From NCBI GenBank assembly GCA_964016885.1, contig OZ024740.1, forward strand, positions 152,024,001-152,088,000: a stretch of DNA of 64,000 nucleotides, given 5' to 3'. Below are positions 53,726-64,000 of the stretch, piece after piece. The DNA comes from Eledone cirrhosa. Its lineage: Eukaryota. The notes under the pieces were generated by a model that was not told the origin of the DNA, ran no database searches, and saw only the letters and a list, made by a program, of their open reading frames with translations. The position numbers and the translations under genes were made by a program. Within the stretch, counting starts at the first letter, position 1. Every line of letters begins with the position of its first letter.

Positions 53726-55779
53726 ACCGACCCTCGTAAAGTATATCATTTGCATTTAAACTATATTGGGATTTTTTGTTTCGATTTATTTCTTCCTGCG
53801 TTATGCGAAGGTGCGTGTCTTTGTGGTTAACGAACTGAATTCGCAGTCATAAGGTTGCGAGTTCGATTCCCGGACTGGTTGATACGTTATGCCTTTATTT
53901 CATGTTGCACTTTCTGTCAGGAGTTGCGACCGGTAAATAAAATCAGCAATGAATGGAAAAACCAATGGAAACATTGTTTCTTTGGTCCAATTTGTCAAGT
54001 TCCACCCCACTTGGTAAGTGAATGAGGTCTGCGATCTTGTCGGTCGTTGTTTGTTATACATATAGAAAGAATAAAAACATTATTTTTTCAAAAATATCTC
54101 CCAGGCATAATAGAATTATTAATTGTTGAATAGATTTGCATACTGCATAATCCTTTTTTCTAAGAAAAGAGACTTCGCACTTCACCTTGAAATTCTGGGG
54201 GTTTTTTAAGAGCTTTGCCGCTATATAACCAGTGACCTGCTGGCGTCTCTTTTGATTAGAATGAATTTTACAGAATATATTATTCATATCTAATTCTTTA
54301 TATCTAAATACTGATAATTATATAATATTTTTATTAAGATTCTGTTTAATCTATTATCTAAAATATAATTCAAATATAAATATTAAAATATGCTAAAATA
54401 ATTAACATTCAGTCACACAATAAATAATGAAAAACATCCATATATTTTTTCCAAAAAAAAAAAAATAGTGAATTGTCTAACTCATCCTCAAGTGTTTGTG
54501 CAACTTAATTTGGACGCTTCTGATATTTACTCATAAAAATTATTTTTAAACATTTACATATTTATAAATATATATTTTATCGATTGATAATCAATTGAAA
54601 AGTAAAAAAAAAACATCTTTTACGTCCTGGATAGGTATAAGATTCATACTATTTACTTTATCTTTTTCATTTACTTATTTTATATATGAAGAGTAATTGC
54701 TGTAGATTTAGTAGTTTTGAAGAGAACAAATTATTACTAAAATTTTCACACCTCATTTGACATAACATATTATCTAAAATATAGATTCGCTCTATTGATA
54801 ATGAACTTTCAAAACATTTAGACAAACGTATAAGTTTTCAAACCAGATGACGTAAACTGGTAATATTGTAAAACAAAAAATATTCATGAAACAAAACAAA
54901 ATATAAAATATAAGCAAAAATTACGAACATAAATTGTCAAGCAATAAAAGGGTCTCTTTGTTTCATGATTAATACACATAACTGGGGCTTTGAGAAAAAT
55001 AAATCTCATACCGCATGGATTACCTTCAAATCATATATAATGTTACCCCATTTTGGGTAATTTTCATTATTCCCCGATCCAGCATTACAGGAATCGACAA
55101 AGAAGATGTGGTCTTTGCAGAGCAGAGAAAAGACTAATTCTCAAATGATCACCTTCCTTGATCTTGTGTGCTTCAAATATATAATTCAAAAGACATGAAA
55201 ATATTACGTGTTCTGTCTAGTAATTGAGTTATATACATGTTCCATGTATGAAATTTGAATAACTGAAAGTGGGGTACCTTTGCTTGCGATTCTTAAGCAA
55301 TCTATTAAATATCTAATGATATTTTTGTGTTTAAGAACATTTTTACTCATATAGTATCACAGTGCTTCCTTACATTTATGGTTTGAATAATCGTTATTAT
55401 GAAACTATTAAAGGGGCTTCAACATTTAATAATATATGACTGTGTGTCTATGCCTGTATCTATGATTTATTTTCTTTAAAGTATGATGTAAAAACCGGTA
55501 TCGTTTTAAAAAAGTATAACTTAGCCATATGATAAATATAAATTGATACTAGGTGGTGCAGCAGTTTACGATCATTGTCGTTTTGACAACTGGCATGTAT
55601 TGTAGCAACGATGGTTCGCCACTTCTTTCACTTTTTTAATGGTTCTTCAGATGTTGTTCATAGTCTTGAACGTTCATTCCATTATTCGACAATCTTTGGT
55701 GTTCATATATTCATTCTTCCTTCTGACTTCTATTAAAGAGCAGCTCATGTAATGTCTTGATCCAAGTAGATAACGTATC

Positions 55780-56700
55780 CGATTTATTTCCTCTGCCTTT
55801 TAATGAAGATTGTTTCAAATGTCTCTATCTGCATTGGGCACATTTATTTGTTTTAAATAAATTGTTTCGGTAATAACAAAAGGTTCCGAACGTTGGTAAG
55901 GGGCTTTAATATTTCAACAATCTTCCATTTAATATTGCAATTGGAAGCTTTTTTACCAGATGTATCATTTACTCATCACGTTGACGTTTAGTTTCATAAA
56001 GTTAACCTCTGCCTCATAATTGAAATTTTCTACTTACAAAATGTATTTAGTCATCATGCGTTTGTGCTTTTCTATGAGCACGTGGTTTTAGTTTTCTTGA
56101 GAGATGCATGTGGTTCGTAGTTTTTGTGGCGCAAGTGAAACTTAATTTCACATTATGCTCGTTAAAACACTTTCAAAATCTATTGGTGTTTGAAAACAAT
56201 ATATCTATTATAGTTAAAAAGGGTTTTGAAATATTTGATTTAACGTTGAGTGAACCATATGAAAGTACGGTGTATATTCCTGGTGGGGTAGGATTAGAGG
56301 AGAGTGTAATGCTATTTTACAATCCAATAGTTAGGAAAACGTTATTGTAGTAAGGTTTCGTTAAGCCAGAACAGACAAGAAATTCTACTGATATTATTGA
56401 TAAGGTTCTTAAAATCTATTGAGTGGGAGGATAGTATGATCCTACGCTAGTATAAATGGGTTTTTCTTTAGTTCGCATTAATGCAGACGCGCGTACACAC
56501 TATAACGAAAAAAGATGCATATCTTCTCAACTTCTTAACACCTACATCTATTTGAGACCAAGTGTTTATATCTGGATTCTTTTTGTTTAGTAACTGTTCG
56601 GTAAATATTCTACTGGATAAGTATCCAGTCTAACTCTGCTAACTTTCTAAACTGATTTACATCCATCAGTTAAGTGAAGTGAGTAAATACAGTTAAACTA
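55780..56700 (-). mobile_element. Decayed Penelope-like fragment, same family as 52270-52925
   Basis: The reverse complement of about 56320-56465 matches 52280-52450, and it translates KCFNEHNVKLSF. Confidence 0.7.
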
Positions 56701-57298
56701 CGGAACTACAGTTGTCTTTCAACTCATGCTCAATACCTAAATCATTCGATCATGTTGCCATAACGATGTTTATATGTACATATCTGTGTGGGATAGGTTA
56801 TAGACAGGCGTGTAGATATGTAGACGAGTGTGTGCGTGATTATCTTAACGGCTTTGATATTTATATTGACGAATTCCATTATCAACGAGGTAGCGATACG
56901 GCAAGATGATGTACGCCTGCGTAAATGGATTTATTTTATGTCAGTTATATAAAGTATGGTGAACGTCGGGTTCAGTCGAAAATCCCTACCAACACCACAA
57001 GAGTGTGCCTTCAAAATCCTAATTCGGAAAAATGACTGCAGACTTAGTTGTTAATTTTGGCAACATTTCTTGAGGAAAAAAAGGTCTATGAGTACTCTAC
57101 TCGATTTATTCAACTATTATTTCCAGTTATCACTTATTACTGTTTTCTGTATTGTTACGATTCTATTCTCAAGTGTATGCACACAGGCACACACAAACAT
57201 ATACATATACTTAAACATATTATGACTCTTTTTTTTTTTGCTATTTCAAGCCTTAAATTAATATATTTCTTTAATGTACTGTGTCGTTTGTTTTGTTG

Positions 57299-57400
<102 letters not shown>

Positions 57401-57746
57401 CAGCAGTAGTAGTAACTCAAGCCGGTACGAGATTTAATATAGTATCATTAAGACCAGTACTTAAAAAAATAAAACATAGCAGGTTAAGAGGAACAGAGAT
57501 TTTGTTGGCTGGACCAACTTATCAACCTGTGATCAAGTTGATAAGTTGGTTCAGCCAATGTTGCATTTCTGTTATCCTGCTATGCCTTCGTTGTAGTACG
57601 GGCCTTAATGACCTGCTTTCCTTCTTCCTTAAATATTAACCCCTCTTTAATATTTAACACTGCAGCCCTAAGCATTGAGCACACCTCGCATCGGCTATCG
57701 GCATCTAGCATACTCTCTCCTCCGTTCTTATGATTCACATCTCATC

Positions 57747-57810
<64 letters not shown>

Positions 57811-57812
<2 letters not shown>

Positions 57813-58454
57813 CGTTTCTGAATTTGTTTAGCAAGATTCTTTATCTGAAATCGTGTGTTGAAACCGATATTGTTATACTTTGGGAGGGTCATGTTGCCAA
57901 TAAGAAACTCACGCACCAGTTGCTTTCACTTCAATTTATTATAATAAATTTATAAATTTAGGAATTTATAAATTTCTGGTTGGTTGGTTGGTTCCACAAC
58001 CAGATAGTTGTTTATATATTGTCAAAGTTCTTTCGTCACACATTCTGTGACCTTTTCAGTGACTGGGGATTCTTTTCTTTGTTTTTGTGTCTCTCCTTTG
58101 TTCTGTCCTACGCCATTTTGTTTCTGTGTGTGTGTTGTGTGCTCAGTCTGCGCATGCGCCACATCCGGGTGTCTGTGTGTGTTTATATTTGTTTATTTAT
58201 TTGTTTATTTACATGTTACCGGTTGGTTGTTTGTTCTATGTGTGTGTGTGTTTTCATTTTGTCCTTAATTGTAAGTTGTGATGTTGCTGTTCCACTCATA
58301 TTTTCTATTTCATTTTGGTTGTAATTCTTTTATGTTTATTGCCTCTGTGATTTGTCTAAACATTGCATCTTTTCTGTGTGTAGATTCTATTTTTATTTCT
58401 ATGTTCTCTAATTTGCGTGTGTTTCTTATTGGCAACATGACCCTCCTAAAGTAT

Positions 58455-58460
<6 letters not shown>
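57811..58460 (-). mobile_element. Truncated Penelope-like copy (pseudo-LTR) with 46-bp inverted end
   Basis: Direct homologue of 62142-62741. 58415-58460 is the reverse complement of 57869-57914, and (TA)n flanks it. Confidence 0.88.
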
Positions 58461-58552
<92 letters not shown>

Positions 58553-58790
58553 TGGTGGACTTGGTCTAAAAATACCGGTTGCCAGGAGATAAAGAGGGCC
58601 CACCTACATATAGAATGCTATCATTTAATTTTTATAATGAATAAATAACATTTTAGAAAAATACATAAGTGGAAACAAAACAGTGTAATCAAATATTTGC
58701 GGGAAAATATCTTACCTTCACCAATAAAAAATATGTATTTTGTGAAATCCAGAGACATTCAATAATGACCTTTGGTCTTTCACACTCACT

Positions 58791-58877
<87 letters not shown>

Positions 58878-58965
58878 TATATACATATATATATATATAT
58901 CATTTGTTTGCTAAAATAATCAAATCAAATTAATTCAACAGTTAAACACACATAGGAATAATAAA

Positions 58966-59475
58966 TGTTGTTACCAAAGGGCCAGAAGATTGAGAAGTCG
59001 ATCCTAAATATTACTAATAGCTCTAGGAAAGCCATGAACGACATCACATCATTTTAAATTTGATTTTGAAAGTAGGTTTATAATTATCAATTTTCATTAT
59101 ACTTTTGTAACTGTCTCTGTGGTCTAGTTGGAGGAATCATAGACGGTGGTTATCCTGCTCTGAAGTTCAATCCTGGTCGGGAGTAGGGTTCCCGGTAAAC
59201 CTTTTCATTTGTTCTATGGGTTGTAAAATAAAAACCGAAAAAGGTTACATGTATCTCTTGACCAGCATTGAACCCAAGGCCAGGATCTCCACCGCCTCTA
59301 GTACCTACCGCTAGGCCACAGAGACAACTACGGAAATCTTATGAAAATTCATACTTATAAACCTACTTTCAAAATTTTCAAAACAAAATGATGTGGTGTC
59401 GTTCATGTCTTTCTTAATATTATTGCTCCTACTTAAGGTCAACTTTTGAATCATTTGGGTGTTCCATAAACTACA
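58966..59475. mobile_element. Fold-back element carrying two convergent tRNA-like units
   Basis: Imperfect ~240-bp inverted arms with TGT...ACA ends. A/B-box units lie at 59113-59185(+) and 59252-59325(-). Confidence 0.7.
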
Positions 59476-61930
59476 TCCAACCTTTTGGGTCCGCGGGCCG
59501 GATAGCCATGCAGCGGCGGCTCCGCAGGCCGGATGCGCAATTAATACTACTTATATAAAAATAAGTAATCATTTATTTATCCCTTATGTTAGATTTGAAA
59601 AAAAAATCAATATTGATACTTAGAGCTGTCCCAAGCAGAAAAATACATTTAAACATTGTTTTATTGCAAACTGTACCCTTTGTAATACTGATGTACCACG
59701 AAATAATAAATTGAATAACGCAAAACACCAATCCTCCGGAATAATAAAAGCCATTAAGGAAAATAAAGTTTTAATGAGAAATCTGTTTCTGTTTATCATT
59801 TGACAATTTTTCAATATCAGGTTAAATCGTTGTCGATGACAGAAGCAAGACATCATCCAAGTGGTCGTCCCGTAATCTTGTTGTCAATCGATTTTTCGTG
59901 AACTTCATCTTCGAAAATAGTTGTTCGCAGGTATACGTACTTCCAAATAATGAAGCCATCATTTTTGCATTATACAGGAGATCTTGGATACTTTCCAGTT
60001 GGAAGAAGATACTTCTTGTAGAATTCAGTGATGCTATCAGATTGAAATTTTGACTTTAAGAAATGATTACACTGTAAGTCTATGAGGTCTAACTGCTATT
60101 TTCCTCGACCATTTCTGCATCTGTTTCAAAGGGTAAACCAAATAGTTTCAATTGGGTTTCATGCTGTCGGAAGTCGGCAAATGGGGAAGAAAACTCATTT
60201 CTCAAATCTTGAATGGCCTTCACAAAATATTTTGAGATATGTCGTCTGTATGATTTTGGAGATTCGGAAAATGACAGAAATTACCTTTCTGTAACTGCAA
60301 GTCCCGCAATTGAAGTTTACGTTCAAATGCTGTAACGTGGCCGAACATATCATAAATTAACTTATTTGGTCCTTGAAGTTCAAGATTCAATGAATTCAAG
60401 TAATTGGTCACGTCGACCAAAAACTTTGGATCGGTAATGTGTCTTGCATCTTGTCCTTTTATCTCCAAAAATTGGACAATTTCTTCCCGCAACACATAAG
60501 CTCTCTGCAGCATTTTGCCACGGCTGAGCCATCGGACGTTTGAGAAATAAGTTAAATCACCATATTCTGCTTCAACCTGTTTGAGGAACTCCTGAAATTG
60601 GCGATGTTAAAGCCCTCTTGAAAGGATGAAATTAACTATTTTCACAAGTTCTGTCATAATACCTATGAACTCCAATGACTTTGCACAAAGTGCGTCCTGA
60701 TGGATAATGCAATGGAGTCTGATTAATTGGCGATGGTGTCCAATGTGCTCTTGAACCCCTTTTTGCTGGTGCTCCATCGGTGGTTACGCCAATGAGTTTT
60801 GATAAATCAATATTATTCTTGCTTGCCCATTGGATAATTTTCATGAAAATATCGACGCCTGTAGTCGTGTCCTTCATGGGAATTAATTGTGCGAGTTCTT
60901 CAACGATATCAAACGTTAGTGTAACACCCCTTTCAAATACAGCTAACTGAGAGGTATCAGTCAATACGGTTGTTTCGTCAATGGCAATTGTGAAGTACTC
61001 AAGTTTGTTCAACATATCCCCTTGTAAATTTCTGACATTTTGTGTCAGTTCTTCAATTCGCCTTGTTACGGTTGTAGCTGATAAGCTGATTGAAAAAAAG
61101 AGCGATTTTTTCTGGACAGACAGTATGAACAACTTTCAACATGCCCTCTTTCATAAAATCCCCATCGGAAAATGGTTTCATTCTCTCTGCTATTATTTTT
61201 GAGACCTCAAAGCTAGCTTGAACAGTCCTGTCTGTTTCGTTAACCTCCTTAGTGAAAAACGATGTTTGTTTTGTGAAACAGCTTTTTAGACGTGCAACTT
61301 CCTTTTCTCGTGCCACACCAATTAAATTGTTATAATAATTATGACGAGTTCCATAATGCCGCTTGATATTGGAAACTTTCTTCACGGCAACAGTTTCTTG
61401 ACAAATCAAACAAATACATTTGCTTTGGTGCTCTATGAAAAAGTAGGCAAGTGACCATTCTTGATTAAAATTTCGGCACTGAAAATCCACTTTCCTTTTC
61501 TTGTTTTCCATTTTTTGTTATAAGTCAAGAGATGCAGGATCCTGGAAAGGAAGGCAACATTTATGACTAAGAATGATTGTGATCGTTAAAGTGAAAAGTG
61601 ATTGTAGACAACGCGTTGACGTATGAATGCTAGAAAGCCTGCGCATGCGCTGTAGATGTTTTATTTTACCAAAAATAAGATACCGTACACCTGCGCAGCT
61701 GTGTTGCGACATACGCAAACAATAGGGTTCAAGGTCATTGGCGTTCACGCATGTGCGTCTGGTAAAAAGAGACGGATAGGTAATAACGAAATACTGCTGA
61801 ATTCTAGAGTGTGATTTGAGATAAATGAAATCTTGAAATTTACGAATTCCCATAGAACCCTCGCGGGCAGGATAAAGGCCTTTGCGGGCCGGATTGAAAC
61901 TCTTCGCGGGCCGGGGGTTGTGGACCCCTG
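59476..61930 (-). mobile_element. hAT DNA transposon (Charlie/Buster/SPIN-like), decayed
   Basis: TIR CAGGGGTCCACAACC at 61930, flanked by ATCTAGAC (NTCTAGAN-type target). Subterminal GCGGGCC repeats occur at both ends, and the left TIR is clipped (TCCAACC remains). Confidence 0.9.
59771..61511 (-). pseudogene. hAT transposase (GTF2IRD2/ZBED-like), frameshifted
   Basis: BED-like CLIC...RHY..H, AIDETT, TTDGAP, HCIIH, VRWLSRG and the FGSTY.CEQLFS dimerisation motif. Confidence 0.9.
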
Positions 61931-62141
61931 ATCTAGACTATATTTTAACCTGTAATCCATGTTTCATTTCTGTTACATCTCATGTGCCCCCTCCCCTCTC
62001 CCTCGCTCTGTCTCTCTTTCTCTCTGTGATATTTGACTATACTATGATTTGGGCTTACCTTATTCCTATATATATGTTTTTGCATGTCAATTATTAGATT
62101 CAAACTTACAATGATTGGCATTATATATATATATATATATA

Positions 62142-64000
62142 TTTCGTTTCTGAATTTGTTTAGCAAGATTCTTTATCTGAAACCGTGTGTTGAAACCGAT
62201 ATTGTTATACTTTGGGAGGGTCATGTTGCCAATAAGAAACTCACGCGCCAGTTGCTTTCACTTCAATTTATTATAATAAATTTATAATAAATTTATAAAT
62301 TTATAAATTTCTGGTTGGTTGGTTCCACAACCAGATAGTTGTCATATTGTCATAGTTCTTTCGTCACACACTCTGTGACCTCTTCAGTGACTGGGATTCC
62401 TTTCTTTGTTTTTGTGTCTCTCCTTTGTTCTGTCCTACGCCATTTTTTTTCTGTGTGTGTGTTGTGTGCTCAGTCTGCGCATGCGCCACATCCGGGTGTC
62501 TGTGTGTGTTTATGTTCATTTATTTATTTGTTTATTTACCTGTTACTGGTTGGTTGTTTGTTCTATGTGTGTGTGTGTATTCATTTTGTCCTTAATTGTA
62601 AGTTGTGATGTTGCTGTTCCACTCATATTTTCTATTTAATTTTGGTTGTAATTCTTTTATGTTTATTGCCTCTGTGATTTGTCTAAACATTGCGTCTTTT
62701 CTGTGTGTAGATTCTATTTTTATTTCTATGTTCTCTAATTTACCCTTGTGTTCTATTTTAGCATGTTGGTAGAGTACAGATGATTCTTTACTATCTTGAA
62801 GGTCTCGCCAGTGTTCATTTATCCGTTCCCCTACACTACGAGCTGTCTCACCTATGTACACTATATTTTTGTCTCTACATTGTCCTTCAGTACATCTTAT
62901 GCTATACACTACATTTCTAGTTTTACAGTTAATATGGGGGCTTATTTTACAGGTTATACAATTCTTATCTATACATGAGGGTCTTTGAAAAGGGTATGTC
63001 TTGCTAATAAGTGTTTTTACGGAGGTACCTGGTCTTTCTACTATCTTAATATTGAGTTTATGTTTATCTAGGGCCCTTCTAAATTTGTAAGCTAATTCAC
63101 CTCTAGGGGTTGTATCGATGAACATTACACTCTGGTATTTATTGCTATCATACCATGAGTTTATTCTATTAGCCCTTGTTCCTAGTTCTTTCTATTCTAT
63201 TCCAAAATTTGCTCCTGTACAAGGGGCAGGTCCCATTTATGTCATTATTTACCATTTTTTCCCATTTGGTTCTGGCTCCTCTATACACTCTGATTTTATC
63301 TCTCTGATTGTAGCCAGAGAACTGCATACGGTGGATGAAGTGTTGTATGTGTCTCTCTAGTTCTTCGGCGTTGCACATGCGGGACACGTTTCTCATCACC
63401 CGTACCAAATCCGCAATCAGTATGTTGATTTTGGTATGGTCCGAAACGGCTGAGTTTCGGTGGATCAGATGTTTGGAAGTCATGGGTTTGGCATAATGGG
63501 AATGGAGGATTTGTTTTTTGTTATTAATGGTATCTAACCAGAGCTCTGTGTCTAGTACAGGTAATCGATGGTTGGGGTGTTTACTTGGGTAGTCTATAGT
63601 AACTCTAATGCTCTGGTGGATGGAGTTAGCTATTTGCTGGAGGCTTTCCATTGTGTTTTTCTCTAGTTCCTGACTGTTCTCTAGTGGGGGTGTCTTAACT
63701 TGACATACCCTTTTCAAAGACCCTCATGTATAGATAAGAAATGTATAACCTGTAAAATAAGCCCCCATATTAACTGTAAAACTAGAAATGTAGTGTATAG
63801 CATAAGATGTACTGAAGGACAATGTAGAGACAAAAATATAGTGTACATAGGTGAGACAGCTCGTAGTGTAGGGGAACGGATAAATGAACACTGGCGAGAC
63901 CTTCAAGATAGTAAAGAATCATCTGTACTCTACCAACATGCTAAAATAGAACACAAGGGTAAATTAGAGAACATAGAAATAAAAATAGAATCTACACACA
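62142..64000 (-). mobile_element. Penelope-like element (Neptune/Nematis-like), 5'-truncated, with inverted duplication
   Basis: RT thumb LPVLD..HYAKP..SGY (63169-63701) is frameshifted into C..C..C..C-NVVY..C...YIGET.R...R..EH GIY-YIG (62592-63125). 63702-64000 is an inverted copy of about 62702-63000. Confidence 0.9.

Noticed and set aside
57843-57870. CTGAAAT...GAAAC in the Penelope pseudo-LTR
   Set aside because: It lacks G8/A9 in both copies, has no stem I and is antisense to the ORF.
58550-58620. CAGTGGTGGAC as the left TIR of the hAT element
   Set aside because: It matches the right TIR poorly and has no ATCTAGAC TSD. The true subterminal repeats lie at 59476-59535, so it may be the end of a different element.
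59113-59325. Functional tRNA genes
   Set aside because: The acceptor and anticodon stems are imperfect, so these were treated as tRNA-like units only. The SINE heads were rejected for the same reason.

Overview
AT-rich eukaryotic DNA saturated with microsatellites. It is most likely intergenic or intronic cephalopod (Octopus-like) sequence, inferred from repeat content only. No host protein-coding exon is supportable, and most ORF-track entries are (TA)n, (CA)n or (TACA)n artefacts. The window is a nest of mobile elements: several Penelope-like elements (one with an uninterrupted 577-codon RT plus GIY-YIG frame), a full-length decayed R4/Dong-like LINE with truncated copies in (TACA)n, a full-length decayed Tx1/L1-like LINE between (GATA)n tracts, RTE fragments and an RTE-derived non-autonomous family, tRNA-derived SINEs, a Charlie/Buster-type hAT transposon and a small Helitron. 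The main finding is a 3.7-kb tandem array (45559-49220) of 464-496 bp units. Each of seven units carries a type I hammerhead ribozyme with a long stem I, a palindromic stem III and an upstream ATGCAAAT octamer, which fits a candidate non-LTR retrozyme (circular RNA) locus. A dead, highly diverged relative at about 50.7-51.0 kb keeps the same pairing with different sequence. About ten more dispersed hammerhead motifs, including U3-A8 core variants, occur in Penelope-type remnants. All structures were read by eye and none was computed.
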